In this document: positions 1 to 9,356 of the stretch, one piece after another
How the letters are laid out: every line of letters starts with the position of its first letter
Numbering within the stretch: the stretch's first letter is position 1
Source: Candidatus Berkelbacteria bacterium
GTDB lineage: Bacteria > Patescibacteriota > UBA1384 > XYA2-FULL-43-10 > 1-14-0-10-43-13
Direction: 5' to 3'
NCBI GenBank assembly: GCA_037140515.1
Contig: JBAXEI010000002.1
Location: 39,703-103,702 of the forward strand
Length of the DNA stretch: 64,000 nt
Position numbers and translations under genes: made by a program
Notes under the pieces: generated by a model
The model's input: the letters and a program-made list of their open reading frames with translations, nothing else
What the model was told of the DNA's origin: nothing
The model's database searches: none

Positions 1-2
1 AA

Positions 3-125
3 AAGCAACTTCTCGGTAATCTTTCTGTTCATGAGCGCGAAGTAATACAAGGGATTCATGATGACGAGGAGCGGCATATGCAAATAGCGAAGAAAATCGC
101 AGCTATTATTAAAAGTGAATTATGA
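3..125 (+). CDS. 3' end of an upstream gene, possibly a ferritin-like/rubrerythrin-type protein (partial)
   Basis: Frame 3 reads KQLLGNLSVHEREVIQGIHDDEERHMQIAKKIAAIIKSEL*. DEERH fits a diiron ExxH helix. The stop overlaps the next ATG (ATGA). Confidence 0.45.
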   Translation, partial: KQLLGNLSVHEREVIQGIHDDEERHMQIAKKIAAIIKSEL

Positions 126-846
126 CCACCAAAACAACAACCCCAAAACTATATAATTCTGAGCAGGCTTCGATAGCTAATAAGATTAAATTTATTAAGA
201 TTATCGGTTTTGTTGGTATCCTTATAATCGGTGGATATAGTATTTCAAATTACATCATCAGAGATTACCCATTTGCGATCATGGAAAATATTTTGGTTCT
301 GCTGCTTATTTATTCGCTCACCCTTGTTTATAAAAATAAAGTTGATCGTGGCACTGATATTGGTGCATTTGTTTTGGCATATATCACATTGCATAATTTT
401 TCTACTGGTGGCTACTATGAAACAGGAATGCTTTGGACTTTCATGTTTCCTTCCCTGATCTTTGTCATTCAGGGAAAAAAAAGGGTCTTGTTTGGAATAT
501 TATATTATATTCATTCATTATTATAATGATTATCGGGCACATTTTTTACAATTTTCCAAGGCTACCATATTCTAACTTTATGCTAGTAAACCTAATTGTG
601 ATTTTGGCAATTGTCTCCGCAATTAGCTATTCAAAGCAATTGATTCTAGAAAGAGATCAAGATTTTTTGTCAGAAGGTGCTAAACAAGAGAAAAAAATCA
701 ATCAAAATTTAATCGAATCCTTGCAAAATCTTCAGTCAAGAAGTGATGAGCTTGAAAAGCTTAATAAATATATGACAGGTCGCGAATTGAAAATGATAGA
801 ACTTAAGAAGCGTGTTGCCGAACTTGAAAAAATAAATAAACAATAA
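122..846 (+). pseudogene. Multi-pass membrane sensor-like protein split by a -1 frameshift at an A8 run (ORFs 122..526 and 433..846; about 241 aa if joined)
   Basis: Both ORFs are hydrophobic and switch at GGG-A8-GGG (472-485). The joined read is FVIQGKKKGLVWNIILY. The tail ELEKLNKYMTGRELKMIELKKRV resembles coiled-coil tails of sensor proteins. Could also be an assembly error. Confidence 0.6.
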
Positions 847-847
847 T

Positions 848-3181
848 ATGAAAATACGTAATAAAATCTTGATATTTTCCCTTGCCGTCACATTTTTTGT
901 GATGATTATTGTCATGGCGGACTCTTTTTATAACGTTGATTCAAATATTGTAAACAATGCAGAGTCAAAGCTCGAAGCCATTGCTTCAATTCAGGAAAAC
1001 AGAATAAACTCCGAGATAGAAAACCACAAAATTCAAGCAGGCTTAGTCTCGAGTAGGACTAGCTTGACTGATGATGTTGTAAATTACGATCTTACGCATG
1101 ATAAGAAGTATGTGGCCTCGCTGAAAACTCGCCTGCTGGACGTCATCAGCGCTGCACCTGATTTTAAAGCGGTCTATGTACTGGCTGACGACGGAAGTAT
1201 TATTACTGGTACTGATACTGTCGATCCTCTTGGTCGACTGACTGGCGGCGAACTTACCAACGCTAAGACTGATCGTCAAGTTTTCGTTTACGAATCGTCT
1301 ACGGCTATTAAGGACTTAGCGCTAACATCTCCAATCTCTCGAGATGGGAAATATGCCGGAATCGTCCTTATAATCACCGCCTCAGATGCGTTGCAAAAAA
1401 TTATGACGGATTATTCTGGTTTGGGAGAAACTGGGGAAACCATCATTGCGGTTAAAAATATTAATGGAGATGCTGAGTACATTCAGCCACCACGATTTGC
1501 AGACCAAAACTCTTCACTTGTAATATCGAAAGATAAGCGTACTGTCGCTGCCAACGTTGCACTGAATAAGGTTGAAGGTCTTTCTAAAAATAATATCAAT
1601 TATCGTGATCATGCTATTTATTCTGTTACTAGGTATATCGAAAGCGTTGGATGGGGGGTTGTTGTTCAAGTTGATAAGGCGGAGATATATCAACCGGTCT
1701 ACAGTCACGCAATACAGCTTGGATCTATTGCTGTTTTGCTGATAATCATAATGCTGTTTGTCTCCTTCAAGCTCGCAAATTCCATCGCACGTCCTTTGGA
1801 GACTCTGCGAACTAACGCTGATATAATAGCAAAAGGCGATTTGAATCTTGACGTTGTTGTTCGTTCTAGAGATGAAATTGGTGAACTCTCAAGATCATTT
1901 AGTCAGATGATGAAAGCGATTATCGCATCACGAGCTTCAGTGGATCAGCAGGTCATGGACCAAACCAAGGAAATTGTTGAAAAAGAAGCTTATATGCATG
2001 ATGAGCAAAAGGCAATTATCAATATTCTTGAAGATGTTGAAGAAGAAAAAGAAAATACCAAGAGAGAGAAGGATAGAATAAATACTATCTTACAAAGCAT
2101 CGGCGATGCTGTATTTGTGGTGGATCAGAATTTGAAAATACAATTGGTAAATCAGGTAACCATCGATCTGTCAGGCTATAGTGAGGATGAGCTAGTCGGC
2201 AAGAAATATACTGATGTTCTTCGCTTTATCCATGAAGACGCAAATTCTAAAGTTGAAATAGTAAATGATAAATTTGTAAATGATGCCATCTCGACTGGCA
2301 AGGTTCAGGAGATGTCGAACCATACTGTGATTGTTTGCAAAGACAAAAAGCGAATTCCTGTCTCTGATAGTTCCGCGCCGCTAAAGAATCAAGCGGGCGA
2401 AATTATCGGTTGCGTCGTGGTATTTCGTGATGTGACTCGTGAATATGAAATTGACAAGGCGAAGACTGAGTTTGTCTCTCTTGCCTCGCATCAGCTTCGT
2501 ACTCCACTTTCGGCAATTGGTTGGTATTCTGAGATGTTGGCAGATGGTGATGCTGGAAAGCTAAATGAAAAGCAGCAACAATATTTGCTTGAGATTACCA
2601 AGGGCAATAAGAGAATGGTTGAGCTGGTAAATTCTTTACTCAACGTTTCTAGGCTTGAGCTCGGCACATTCGTCGTAGACCCAGTTCCTACAAATATTGT
2701 TACAATTGCTGAGGAGTCGGTGAAGGAGCTAGTTGCACTTCTCGATGAGAAGAAGCTAAAAATTGAAGAAGACTATGGCAAAGAGATTCCGATGATCAAT
2801 CTTGATCCGAAGCTAACCAGAATCATTTTTCAAAATCTGCTATCCAATGCTGTCAAATATACGCCGAAGGGAAAAGTTTCTATTTCTGTTTCTCGGAGTG
2901 ATGGCAGCGTCGTGATCAAGGTTGCTGACACTGGGCTTGGTATTCCTCATCATCAGCAAAAAAGAATGTTTGAGAAGCTTTTCCGCGCTGACAACGTTCG
3001 CGTCTCGAATGTTGAAGGTACTGGTCTTGGTCTATATATTGTAAAAACAGTCATTGACAATGTCGGCGGTAGTATACGCTTTGAATCTAAAGAAAATGTC
3101 GGAACTACTTTTTATGTCAAGCTGCCACTAACTGGCATGAAAAAGAAGGAAGGTTCTCGAACTCTTGATCAGACAGAGTAG
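848..3181 (+). CDS. Sensor histidine kinase (TM, Cache-like, TM, HAMP, PAS, HisKA, HATPase)
   Basis: H-box SHQLRTPL, N-box NLLSNAVKY, DTGLGI, GTGLGL; HAMP SRDEIGELSRSF; PAS ending VVVFRDVT. Confidence 0.95.
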   Translation: MKIRNKILIFSLAVTFFVMIIVMADSFYNVDSNIVNNAESKLEAIASIQENRINSEIENHKIQAGLVSSRTSLTDDVVNYDLTHDKKYVASLKTRLLDVISAAPDFKAVYVLADDGSIITGTDTVDPLGRLTGGELTNAKTDRQVFVYESSTAIKDLALTSPISRDGKYAGIVLIITASDALQKIMTDYSGLGETGETIIAVKNINGDAEYIQPPRFADQNSSLVISKDKRTVAANVALNKVEGLSKNNINYRDHAIYSVTRYIESVGWGVVVQVDKAEIYQPVYSHAIQLGSIAVLLIIIMLFVSFKLANSIARPLETLRTNADIIAKGDLNLDVVVRSRDEIGELSRSFSQMMKAIIASRASVDQQVMDQTKEIVEKEAYMHDEQKAIINILEDVEEEKENTKREKDRINTILQSIGDAVFVVDQNLKIQLVNQVTIDLSGYSEDELVGKKYTDVLRFIHEDANSKVEIVNDKFVNDAISTGKVQEMSNHTVIVCKDKKRIPVSDSSAPLKNQAGEIIGCVVVFRDVTREYEIDKAKTEFVSLASHQLRTPLSAIGWYSEMLADGDAGKLNEKQQQYLLEITKGNKRMVELVNSLLNVSRLELGTFVVDPVPTNIVTIAEESVKELVALLDEKKLKIEEDYGKEIPMINLDPKLTRIIFQNLLSNAVKYTPKGKVSISVSRSDGSVVIKVADTGLGIPHHQQKRMFEKLFRADNVRVSNVEGTGLGLYIVKTVIDNVGGSIRFESKENVGTTFYVKLPLTGMKKKEGSRTLDQTE

Positions 3182-3275
3182 TGTTGTTATTGCCAAATTA
3201 CTCTATTCTGATATCGATATCATAATAAAACATTACTAGATTTGATTTAAATTATATAAATACTAAATAAAATAC

Positions 3276-3313
3276 TTGATTTATCAAAGTATAACAAGTA
3301 TGATAAGTATAAC
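3276..3313 (+). promoter_or_regulatory. Sigma70-type promoter overlapped by three tandem 9-bp repeats (candidate operator)
   Basis: TTGATT(3276-3281)-17 bp-TATGAT(3299-3304); AAGTATAAC/AAGTATGAT/AAGTATAAC at 3287-3313. Confidence 0.6.
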
Positions 3314-3333
3314 TATTTAAATTAAGGAATTTT

Positions 3334-3582
3334 ATGTTTGATCATAAATTATTTGGCACAGCCACCATCGGTGAGAAGGGACAGATCGTTATCCCTGTCG
3401 AAGCTCGTAACCTTCTTGATCTGAAGGTCGGGGATAAGTTGCTCGTTGTCTCTGGACCAGGAAATCATGGTTTACTTATCATGAAGCCAGATGTTATCAA
3501 GAAATTTGCACAAAAAATGAATGAAAAATTTGAGAAGCTACAATTTTTTGCAGACAGTGCTTCTGAAGAAGAAATAATATAA
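3334..3582 (+). CDS. AbrB/MazE/SpoVT-family DNA-binding protein
   Basis: ATIGEKGQIVIPVEARNLLDLKVGDKL is the swapped-hairpin AbrB signature. Confidence 0.9.
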   Translation: MFDHKLFGTATIGEKGQIVIPVEARNLLDLKVGDKLLVVSGPGNHGLLIMKPDVIKKFAQKMNEKFEKLQFFADSASEEEII

Positions 3583-3599
3583 ATATTAGCAGAGACCTT

Positions 3600-5396
3600 A
3601 TGACAAAATTAATTAGATTTCTAAAGCCTTACATTTGGCAGATAGTGATTCTGCTGATTTTAACCTACTTGCAGGTTATGGCGACGTTGGCGCTACCCGA
3701 CTATATGGCGAAAATTATTAACAACGGTATTTCGGGCAAGGACATCGGTCTTGTCTGGCATGACGGCTTCTGGATGCTTGGCATCTCTTTGGCTGGCGCT
3801 GCTTGTGCAGTGGGAGCAGGCTATCTTGCCTCAAAGATTGCTACAGGCTTCTCACGCGATCTTCGCGAAAGCGTATTTTCGCGAATTGAAAGCTTCTCAC
3901 TTGTAGAGTTCAACAAATTCTCAACATCCTCTTTGATTACTCGTTCAACCAACGATATCCAACAGATTCAGATGGTGGTCATCATGCTTCTCCGTATGGT
4001 TCTGTCGGCTCCTATTATGGCAGTCGGCGCGGTATTCAAGGCGTATCATATGGCGCCCTCGATGAGCTGGATTATCGCTTTAGCTGTTGTTGTCATGTTT
4101 GGAATCATCGGAGTAATTTTCTCGATCGCGATGCCTAAGTTCGAGCTGTTACAAAAACTTGTCGACAAACTAAATCTTGTTACCCGTCAGAACCTAACCG
4201 GACTTCGTGTTGTTCGTGCCTTCAATAATGAAACGATTGAGGAAGAAAAATTTGATAAGGTGAACAAAGATCTTACAGATACAAATTTATTTGTGAATAG
4301 ACTGATGGTGATAATGCAGCCGCTTATGACTTTAATCTTTAACTTTACGACTATTGGCATCATCTGGTATGGGGCCAAGTTGATTGGCAACGGTACACTC
4401 CAGATTGGCGATATGCTCGCCTTTATGCAATATGCAATGCAGGTGATTATGTCATTCTTAATGATCTCGATTATCTTTATTATGGTGCCAAGAGCTTCTG
4501 TTTCTGGCAAACGAATTGCTGAAGTTATTGAGACTTTGCCACTAATAACAGACCCTAAGAATCCTGTTAAGGTAGATGGAAAAGGCATAGGGTTGGTTGA
4601 ATTTAAAGATGTGACTTTTTCATACCCTGGAGCCGAATCGCCAGTAATTTCAAATATTTCATTTACTGCAAAGCCTGGCGAAACCACAGCGTTTATTGGT
4701 AGCACTGGTAGCGGTAAATCGACAATCATAAATCTTATCCCTCGTTTTTATGATGTGACTTCGGGTAGCGTCTCAATCGACGGAGTAGATGTTCGAGACT
4801 TTAAGCTGGAAGACTTGTATCGAAAGATTGGCTATGTGCCACAAAGAAGCGTTTTGTTTTCGGGTACAATAAAAAGTAATATTACTTATGGCAATCAGAG
4901 CGCCACTGATTCGGAAATAGCTAAAGCTGTAAAAACTTCTCAAGCAGAAGACTTCATTGGCAAAACAGAAAAGAGTCTCGAAACCTCCATCGCTCAGGCT
5001 GGGGCAAACATCTCTGGCGGGCAGAAGCAACGCCTATCTATCGCACGCGCATTAGTTAAGAAGCCGGAGATTTACATATTTGACGATTCTTTCTCAGCAT
5101 TGGATCTGAAAACAGATTCTGCGTTGCGTAAGGCCCTAGAGAATGAGACGAAGGATAGGACCGTTTTGATCATTGGCCAACGAATAAGTACGATTATGAA
5201 TGCAGATAATATTATAGTTTTCGAGGGTGGGAAAATTTGCGGTCAAGGCCGGCATGAACAGTTGATCAAGAGTTGTGAAGTCTATCGTGAAATCGCCAGC
5301 TCACAACTTTCCGATGAAGAATTGAAAAATATTGGCTTATCTCTTCACGAGGTGGACAAGACGGTAATGGAGTTGACACAGAAGGAGAGTGTATGA
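3600..5396 (+). CDS. Heterodimeric multidrug ABC exporter, subunit with degenerate Walker B/switch (TM287/EfrA-like)
   Basis: TMD plus NBD; GSTGSGKST, ISGGQKQR, non-canonical IFDDSFSALD and Q in place of the switch His. Confidence 0.92.
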   Translation: MTKLIRFLKPYIWQIVILLILTYLQVMATLALPDYMAKIINNGISGKDIGLVWHDGFWMLGISLAGAACAVGAGYLASKIATGFSRDLRESVFSRIESFSLVEFNKFSTSSLITRSTNDIQQIQMVVIMLLRMVLSAPIMAVGAVFKAYHMAPSMSWIIALAVVVMFGIIGVIFSIAMPKFELLQKLVDKLNLVTRQNLTGLRVVRAFNNETIEEEKFDKVNKDLTDTNLFVNRLMVIMQPLMTLIFNFTTIGIIWYGAKLIGNGTLQIGDMLAFMQYAMQVIMSFLMISIIFIMVPRASVSGKRIAEVIETLPLITDPKNPVKVDGKGIGLVEFKDVTFSYPGAESPVISNISFTAKPGETTAFIGSTGSGKSTIINLIPRFYDVTSGSVSIDGVDVRDFKLEDLYRKIGYVPQRSVLFSGTIKSNITYGNQSATDSEIAKAVKTSQAEDFIGKTEKSLETSIAQAGANISGGQKQRLSIARALVKKPEIYIFDDSFSALDLKTDSALRKALENETKDRTVLIIGQRISTIMNADNIIVFEGGKICGQGRHEQLIKSCEVYREIASSQLSDEELKNIGLSLHEVDKTVMELTQKESV

Positions 5397-7420
5397 GTAA
5401 GTATGAACAAAACGAAACAATTGTAGTCAAGAAGCCTGCAACCAAAGGTCCGCTAGGTGGAGGACCGATGGGTGGGATGATGGGCGGTGCGCCCGAAAAG
5501 CCAAAGAACTTCAAGAAGACAATGAAAACTCTCATTAGCTATATGAAGCCTTTTTGGATTCAAATCATCCTCGTCCTAGCCTTTGCTATTGCAAGCACAG
5601 TTTTTGCAATATTCAGCCCAAAAATCCTCGGACGTATGACTAATCAGATCGTCAACGACTACGTAAGTATGAAAATGTATGACGGAGTGATTGCAGGACT
5701 GCCTAAAGGCTTTGCTATCAAGCCGGGCATGACGGGGAAAGATTTAGTTAAATTCATGCCCGCTGAAGCTTTGAAAAAAATCCCTGCAGACAAGATGGGC
5801 ACACTAGAAAAGCTAGACCTGACGAAGCGGCCATCTATCAATTTCGGCGTACTAGGTGATATTGCGACACTCCTAATTACACTTTATTTGCTTGGTATTC
5901 TTTTCGGTTATCTTCAAGGCTGGATCATGTCTGCTGTTTCGCAGAAAATTACGTACAAATTCCGGAAAGATATTTCCGAAAAAATAAATCGCTTGCCCCT
6001 GAAGTATTTTGATAAAAAGACCTATGGCGAAGTGCTCAGCCGAGTGACGAACGATGTTGATACGGTGAGTCAATCCTTAAACCAAAGCCTTTCTCAGATT
6101 GTAACATCCGTGACGATGATTTTGGGAATACTCGTGATGATGTTGACGATCAGTTGGTCACTGACTCTTGTTTCAATTCTTTTGTTGCCGATAAGCTTCA
6201 TATTCCTTGGCAGTGTTATGAAAAAGTCGCAAAAATATTTCAAAGAGCAACAGGATTCGCTAGGTCATCTAAACGGTCATGTCGAGGAAATGTTTGGTGG
6301 CCATACAGTCATGAGAGTATTCAACGGAGAGAAGCAATCAGTTAGCAAATTTAATAAGATCAACAAGAGTCTCTACAATAGTGCTTGGAAATCACAGTTT
6401 CTCTCGGGATTACTTTTTCCAATACTCAATTTTATCGGAAACCTTGGTTTCGTTGGCGTTTCGGTACTCGGTGGATGGATGGTTATAAATGGTAAAATTC
6501 AAATCGGCGATGTTCAAGCCTTTATCCAGTATGTTCAGCAGTTCAATCAGCCAATTGCTCAGACCGCTAGCATCGCAAACGTTCTTCAATCTACCGCTGC
6601 GTCCGCTGAAAGAGTATTTGAATTTCTCGATGAAGAAGAGCAGGTTCCTGAAACTGCAACATCTGTAAAACCTATTGATGTGAAGGGTAAGATAGAATTT
6701 AAAAATGTTGTTTTCGGTTATGATCCAGAAAAGGTGATCATTAAGAATTTGAACGTTTGTATTGAGCCAGGACATCGCGTCGCGATCGTTGGTCCGACCG
6801 GAGCTGGCAAGACCACTTTGGTAAACCTGCTGATGCGCTTCTACGATGTTGATTCTGGCTCTATCGAAGTGGACGGCGTTGATGTTCGGAACATGAAGCG
6901 CTCAGACTTGCGAAAAATGTTTGGCATGGTGCTTCAAGATACTTGGCTTTTCAATGGCACGTTGAAAGAAAATATTACTTACGGCAAGGCTGATGCGACC
7001 AAAGCTGAGATAGAAGCCGCAGCTAAGGCTGCCCATGTTGACTATTTCGTCCATTCATTGCCAGACGGCTACAATATGGTTTTGAACGAGGAAGCAGATA
7101 ATATTTCTCAGGGTGAGAAGCAGCTTATTACAATCGCTAGGGCGATGCTAGCACACACACCGATGCTGATTCTCGACGAGGCGACAAGCTCGGTAGATAC
7201 TCGTACGGAGCTGCTTATCCAGAAGGCGATGGATAATCTAATGAAGGGCAAGACAAGTTTCGTTATTGCACACAGGCTATCCACAATTCGGGATGCTGAC
7301 CTTATACTTGTAATGGACGAAGGTAACGTCGTCGAACAGGGGACACACGAAGAGTTGCTTGCAAAAAAAGGATTTTACGCATCTTTGTATAACAGTCAAT
7401 TTCTGGTCACGGAAGTTTAA
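5393..7420 (+). CDS. Heterodimeric multidrug ABC exporter, partner subunit (TM288/EfrB-like)
   Basis: GPTGAGKTT, degenerate signature ISQGE, canonical LILDEATS and IAHRL; ATGA-coupled to the previous gene. Confidence 0.92.
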   Translation: MSKYEQNETIVVKKPATKGPLGGGPMGGMMGGAPEKPKNFKKTMKTLISYMKPFWIQIILVLAFAIASTVFAIFSPKILGRMTNQIVNDYVSMKMYDGVIAGLPKGFAIKPGMTGKDLVKFMPAEALKKIPADKMGTLEKLDLTKRPSINFGVLGDIATLLITLYLLGILFGYLQGWIMSAVSQKITYKFRKDISEKINRLPLKYFDKKTYGEVLSRVTNDVDTVSQSLNQSLSQIVTSVTMILGILVMMLTISWSLTLVSILLLPISFIFLGSVMKKSQKYFKEQQDSLGHLNGHVEEMFGGHTVMRVFNGEKQSVSKFNKINKSLYNSAWKSQFLSGLLFPILNFIGNLGFVGVSVLGGWMVINGKIQIGDVQAFIQYVQQFNQPIAQTASIANVLQSTAASAERVFEFLDEEEQVPETATSVKPIDVKGKIEFKNVVFGYDPEKVIIKNLNVCIEPGHRVAIVGPTGAGKTTLVNLLMRFYDVDSGSIEVDGVDVRNMKRSDLRKMFGMVLQDTWLFNGTLKENITYGKADATKAEIEAAAKAAHVDYFVHSLPDGYNMVLNEEADNISQGEKQLITIARAMLAHTPMLILDEATSSVDTRTELLIQKAMDNLMKGKTSFVIAHRLSTIRDADLILVMDEGNVVEQGTHEELLAKKGFYASLYNSQFLVTEV

Positions 7421-7451
7421 TAAACAGTATTAATATCAAAATAAAAAGGAA

Positions 7452-9242
7452 ATGAAAATGGGAAAGTTTAGAGAAGGTTTGAGTAAAAATAGGAAGTGGT
7501 GGACGCTAGGGACGGTTTGTTTCGCTCTACTCATGATCGTGTTAGATGGCAACGTGGTGAATCTGGCAGTGCCAAGTATTATGAAAACTTTTAACGCTTC
7601 GATCGGTCAGATTGAGTGGGTGAATAACGCCTATCTTCTCACCTTTGCGATACTCCTGATCACGCTCGGTAGACTTGGGGATGAAGTCGGTAGAAAAAAG
7701 ATGTTCTTGGTTGGGCTTTTTTCCTTCATAATAGGCTCTTTTCTTTGTGCGGCAGCACCAAGTATCAATTACCTTATTGCTTTTCGTGTCATTCAGGGGA
7801 TCGGTGGCGCGGCCATGATGCCAGCGACACTGTCTCTGATCGCAGCCAATTTCGAAAAGAAAGAGCGTGGCGCAGCGATGGGTATCTGGGGCGCTGTATC
7901 TGGCCTTGGCATAGTCTTGGGTCCTATTCTTGGTGGCTACCTGACCGAGAAGGGTCTTGGTGTAAACATAAACAATCTACTGCATATCACGGATTTCTGG
8001 CGTTATGTTTTCTATATCAATATTCCTGTTGGCATTTTGGCAATAGTCTCATCATTTATGTTTATTTCTGAGTCGAAGGATAGTGAAAAGAAACATAAGT
8101 ATGATTTCGTAGGCATTTTCCTTTCCTCGATTGCTATCTTTTTATTGACCTTTGGGTTCATCGAAGGAGCGAAATTCGGTTGGTGGAAAGTGAATGAACA
8201 ATTCATACTTTTCGGTCAATCAATCGGCGCTGGGAGCATTAGTGTCATTCCTTTTCTTTTTTTACTTTCAATTTTGTTTATTATAGTCTTCGTACTTTTC
8301 GAAAAGACCAGGAAAGTAGATCCGCTTGTAGATATGAACTTGTTTAAGGCAAGAAATTTCTCGATTGGTAGCTTTGCGGCAGCAGTTCTAAGCTTTTCGA
8401 TGATGGGGTCATTTTTCCTACTTCCGCTATTTCTACAATCGATCATGGGCTTTACCGCGATTAAAACGGGCCAAGTCCTACTGCCTTTTGCAATCACAAT
8501 CATGATTATGGCGCCGATCGCTGGTCGTCTCGCAGATAAATTTGGTGGCAAATATCTGATTTCTGCCGGCATGGCTATCATGGCAATCGGCGGTTTCTAT
8601 ATCGGACATTTTCGACTAGACACACAGATAAATGAGCTTATTTTGCCTTTCATTATCATGGGTCTTGGTATGGGTATGTCGATGTCGCCACTTACAAATA
8701 TCACTCTTTTGGAAACACCAGAAGATGAAATCGGTGGTGCATCCGGTGTTATTTCGACTGCACGTCAAATTGGCTCTGTCATGGGCATCGCAATTCTTGC
8801 GGCATTTCTGCAGACAGTAATCGTCAGTAATATCCGTACAGACCTTACAAAAATTGATGGTCTCTCATCTTCTATTCAGACAGATATCGTCAATCAGGTG
8901 AAAAATGGCAACAACTATAATGCAAAAGACGGTCTCAGTGCTTTGCTCATGCAGTCGATGCAGCAGGACTTGAAAAATAAAGCTATCGAAATTCAAAAAG
9001 CGAATGATCCGAAGACCTTATCGTCACCGTCGGTGCAGTCTGAGACAAATGCCAAGATGCTAAAGTATCGAGATGAGACGATTCAAAAATACAAGAGTAT
9101 AGGAATGCAAATAGGCCAGGCGAGCAAGCAGAGCTATGTTGACGGTATAAATAAAACATTTTTTCTAGCATCGCTTATTGCGCTCTTTGGTGCATTGGTT
9201 GCTCTTCTCTTCAAGGGTGGTGTCAGGACAAAAGTAAACTAA
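7452..9242 (+). CDS. DHA2 (EmrB/QacA-like) MFS efflux transporter
   Basis: LDGNVVNLAVP, GRLGDEVGRKK (motif A), WRYVFYINIPVG; about 14 TM segments. Confidence 0.92.
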   Translation: MKMGKFREGLSKNRKWWTLGTVCFALLMIVLDGNVVNLAVPSIMKTFNASIGQIEWVNNAYLLTFAILLITLGRLGDEVGRKKMFLVGLFSFIIGSFLCAAAPSINYLIAFRVIQGIGGAAMMPATLSLIAANFEKKERGAAMGIWGAVSGLGIVLGPILGGYLTEKGLGVNINNLLHITDFWRYVFYINIPVGILAIVSSFMFISESKDSEKKHKYDFVGIFLSSIAIFLLTFGFIEGAKFGWWKVNEQFILFGQSIGAGSISVIPFLFLLSILFIIVFVLFEKTRKVDPLVDMNLFKARNFSIGSFAAAVLSFSMMGSFFLLPLFLQSIMGFTAIKTGQVLLPFAITIMIMAPIAGRLADKFGGKYLISAGMAIMAIGGFYIGHFRLDTQINELILPFIIMGLGMGMSMSPLTNITLLETPEDEIGGASGVISTARQIGSVMGIAILAAFLQTVIVSNIRTDLTKIDGLSSSIQTDIVNQVKNGNNYNAKDGLSALLMQSMQQDLKNKAIEIQKANDPKTLSSPSVQSETNAKMLKYRDETIQKYKSIGMQIGQASKQSYVDGINKTFFLASLIALFGALVALLFKGGVRTKVN

Positions 9243-9263
9243 GCAATATTTGTAAATATTAAG

Positions 9264-9291
9264 AAATAGCTCTCCAGCAGGGCTATTTTTT
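9264..9291 (+). terminator. Intrinsic terminator after the efflux operon
   Basis: AAATAGCTCT-CCAGC-AGGGCTATTT followed by a T run. Confidence 0.7.
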
Positions 9292-9306
9292 AATCATAGC
9301 AAATTA

Positions 9307-9349
9307 TGTGGATAAAGTGTTCGACTTATGTTCGTATTAGCTTTATGCT
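9307..9349 (+). promoter_or_regulatory. dinB promoter with DnaA box, GTTC-N7-GTTC LexA-type box and -10 element
   Basis: TGTGGATAA 9307-9315; GTTC-GACTTAT-GTTC 9319-9333; TATGCT 9344-9349, 7 nt before ATG 9357. Confidence 0.6.
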
Positions 9350-9356
9350 AGTAATC

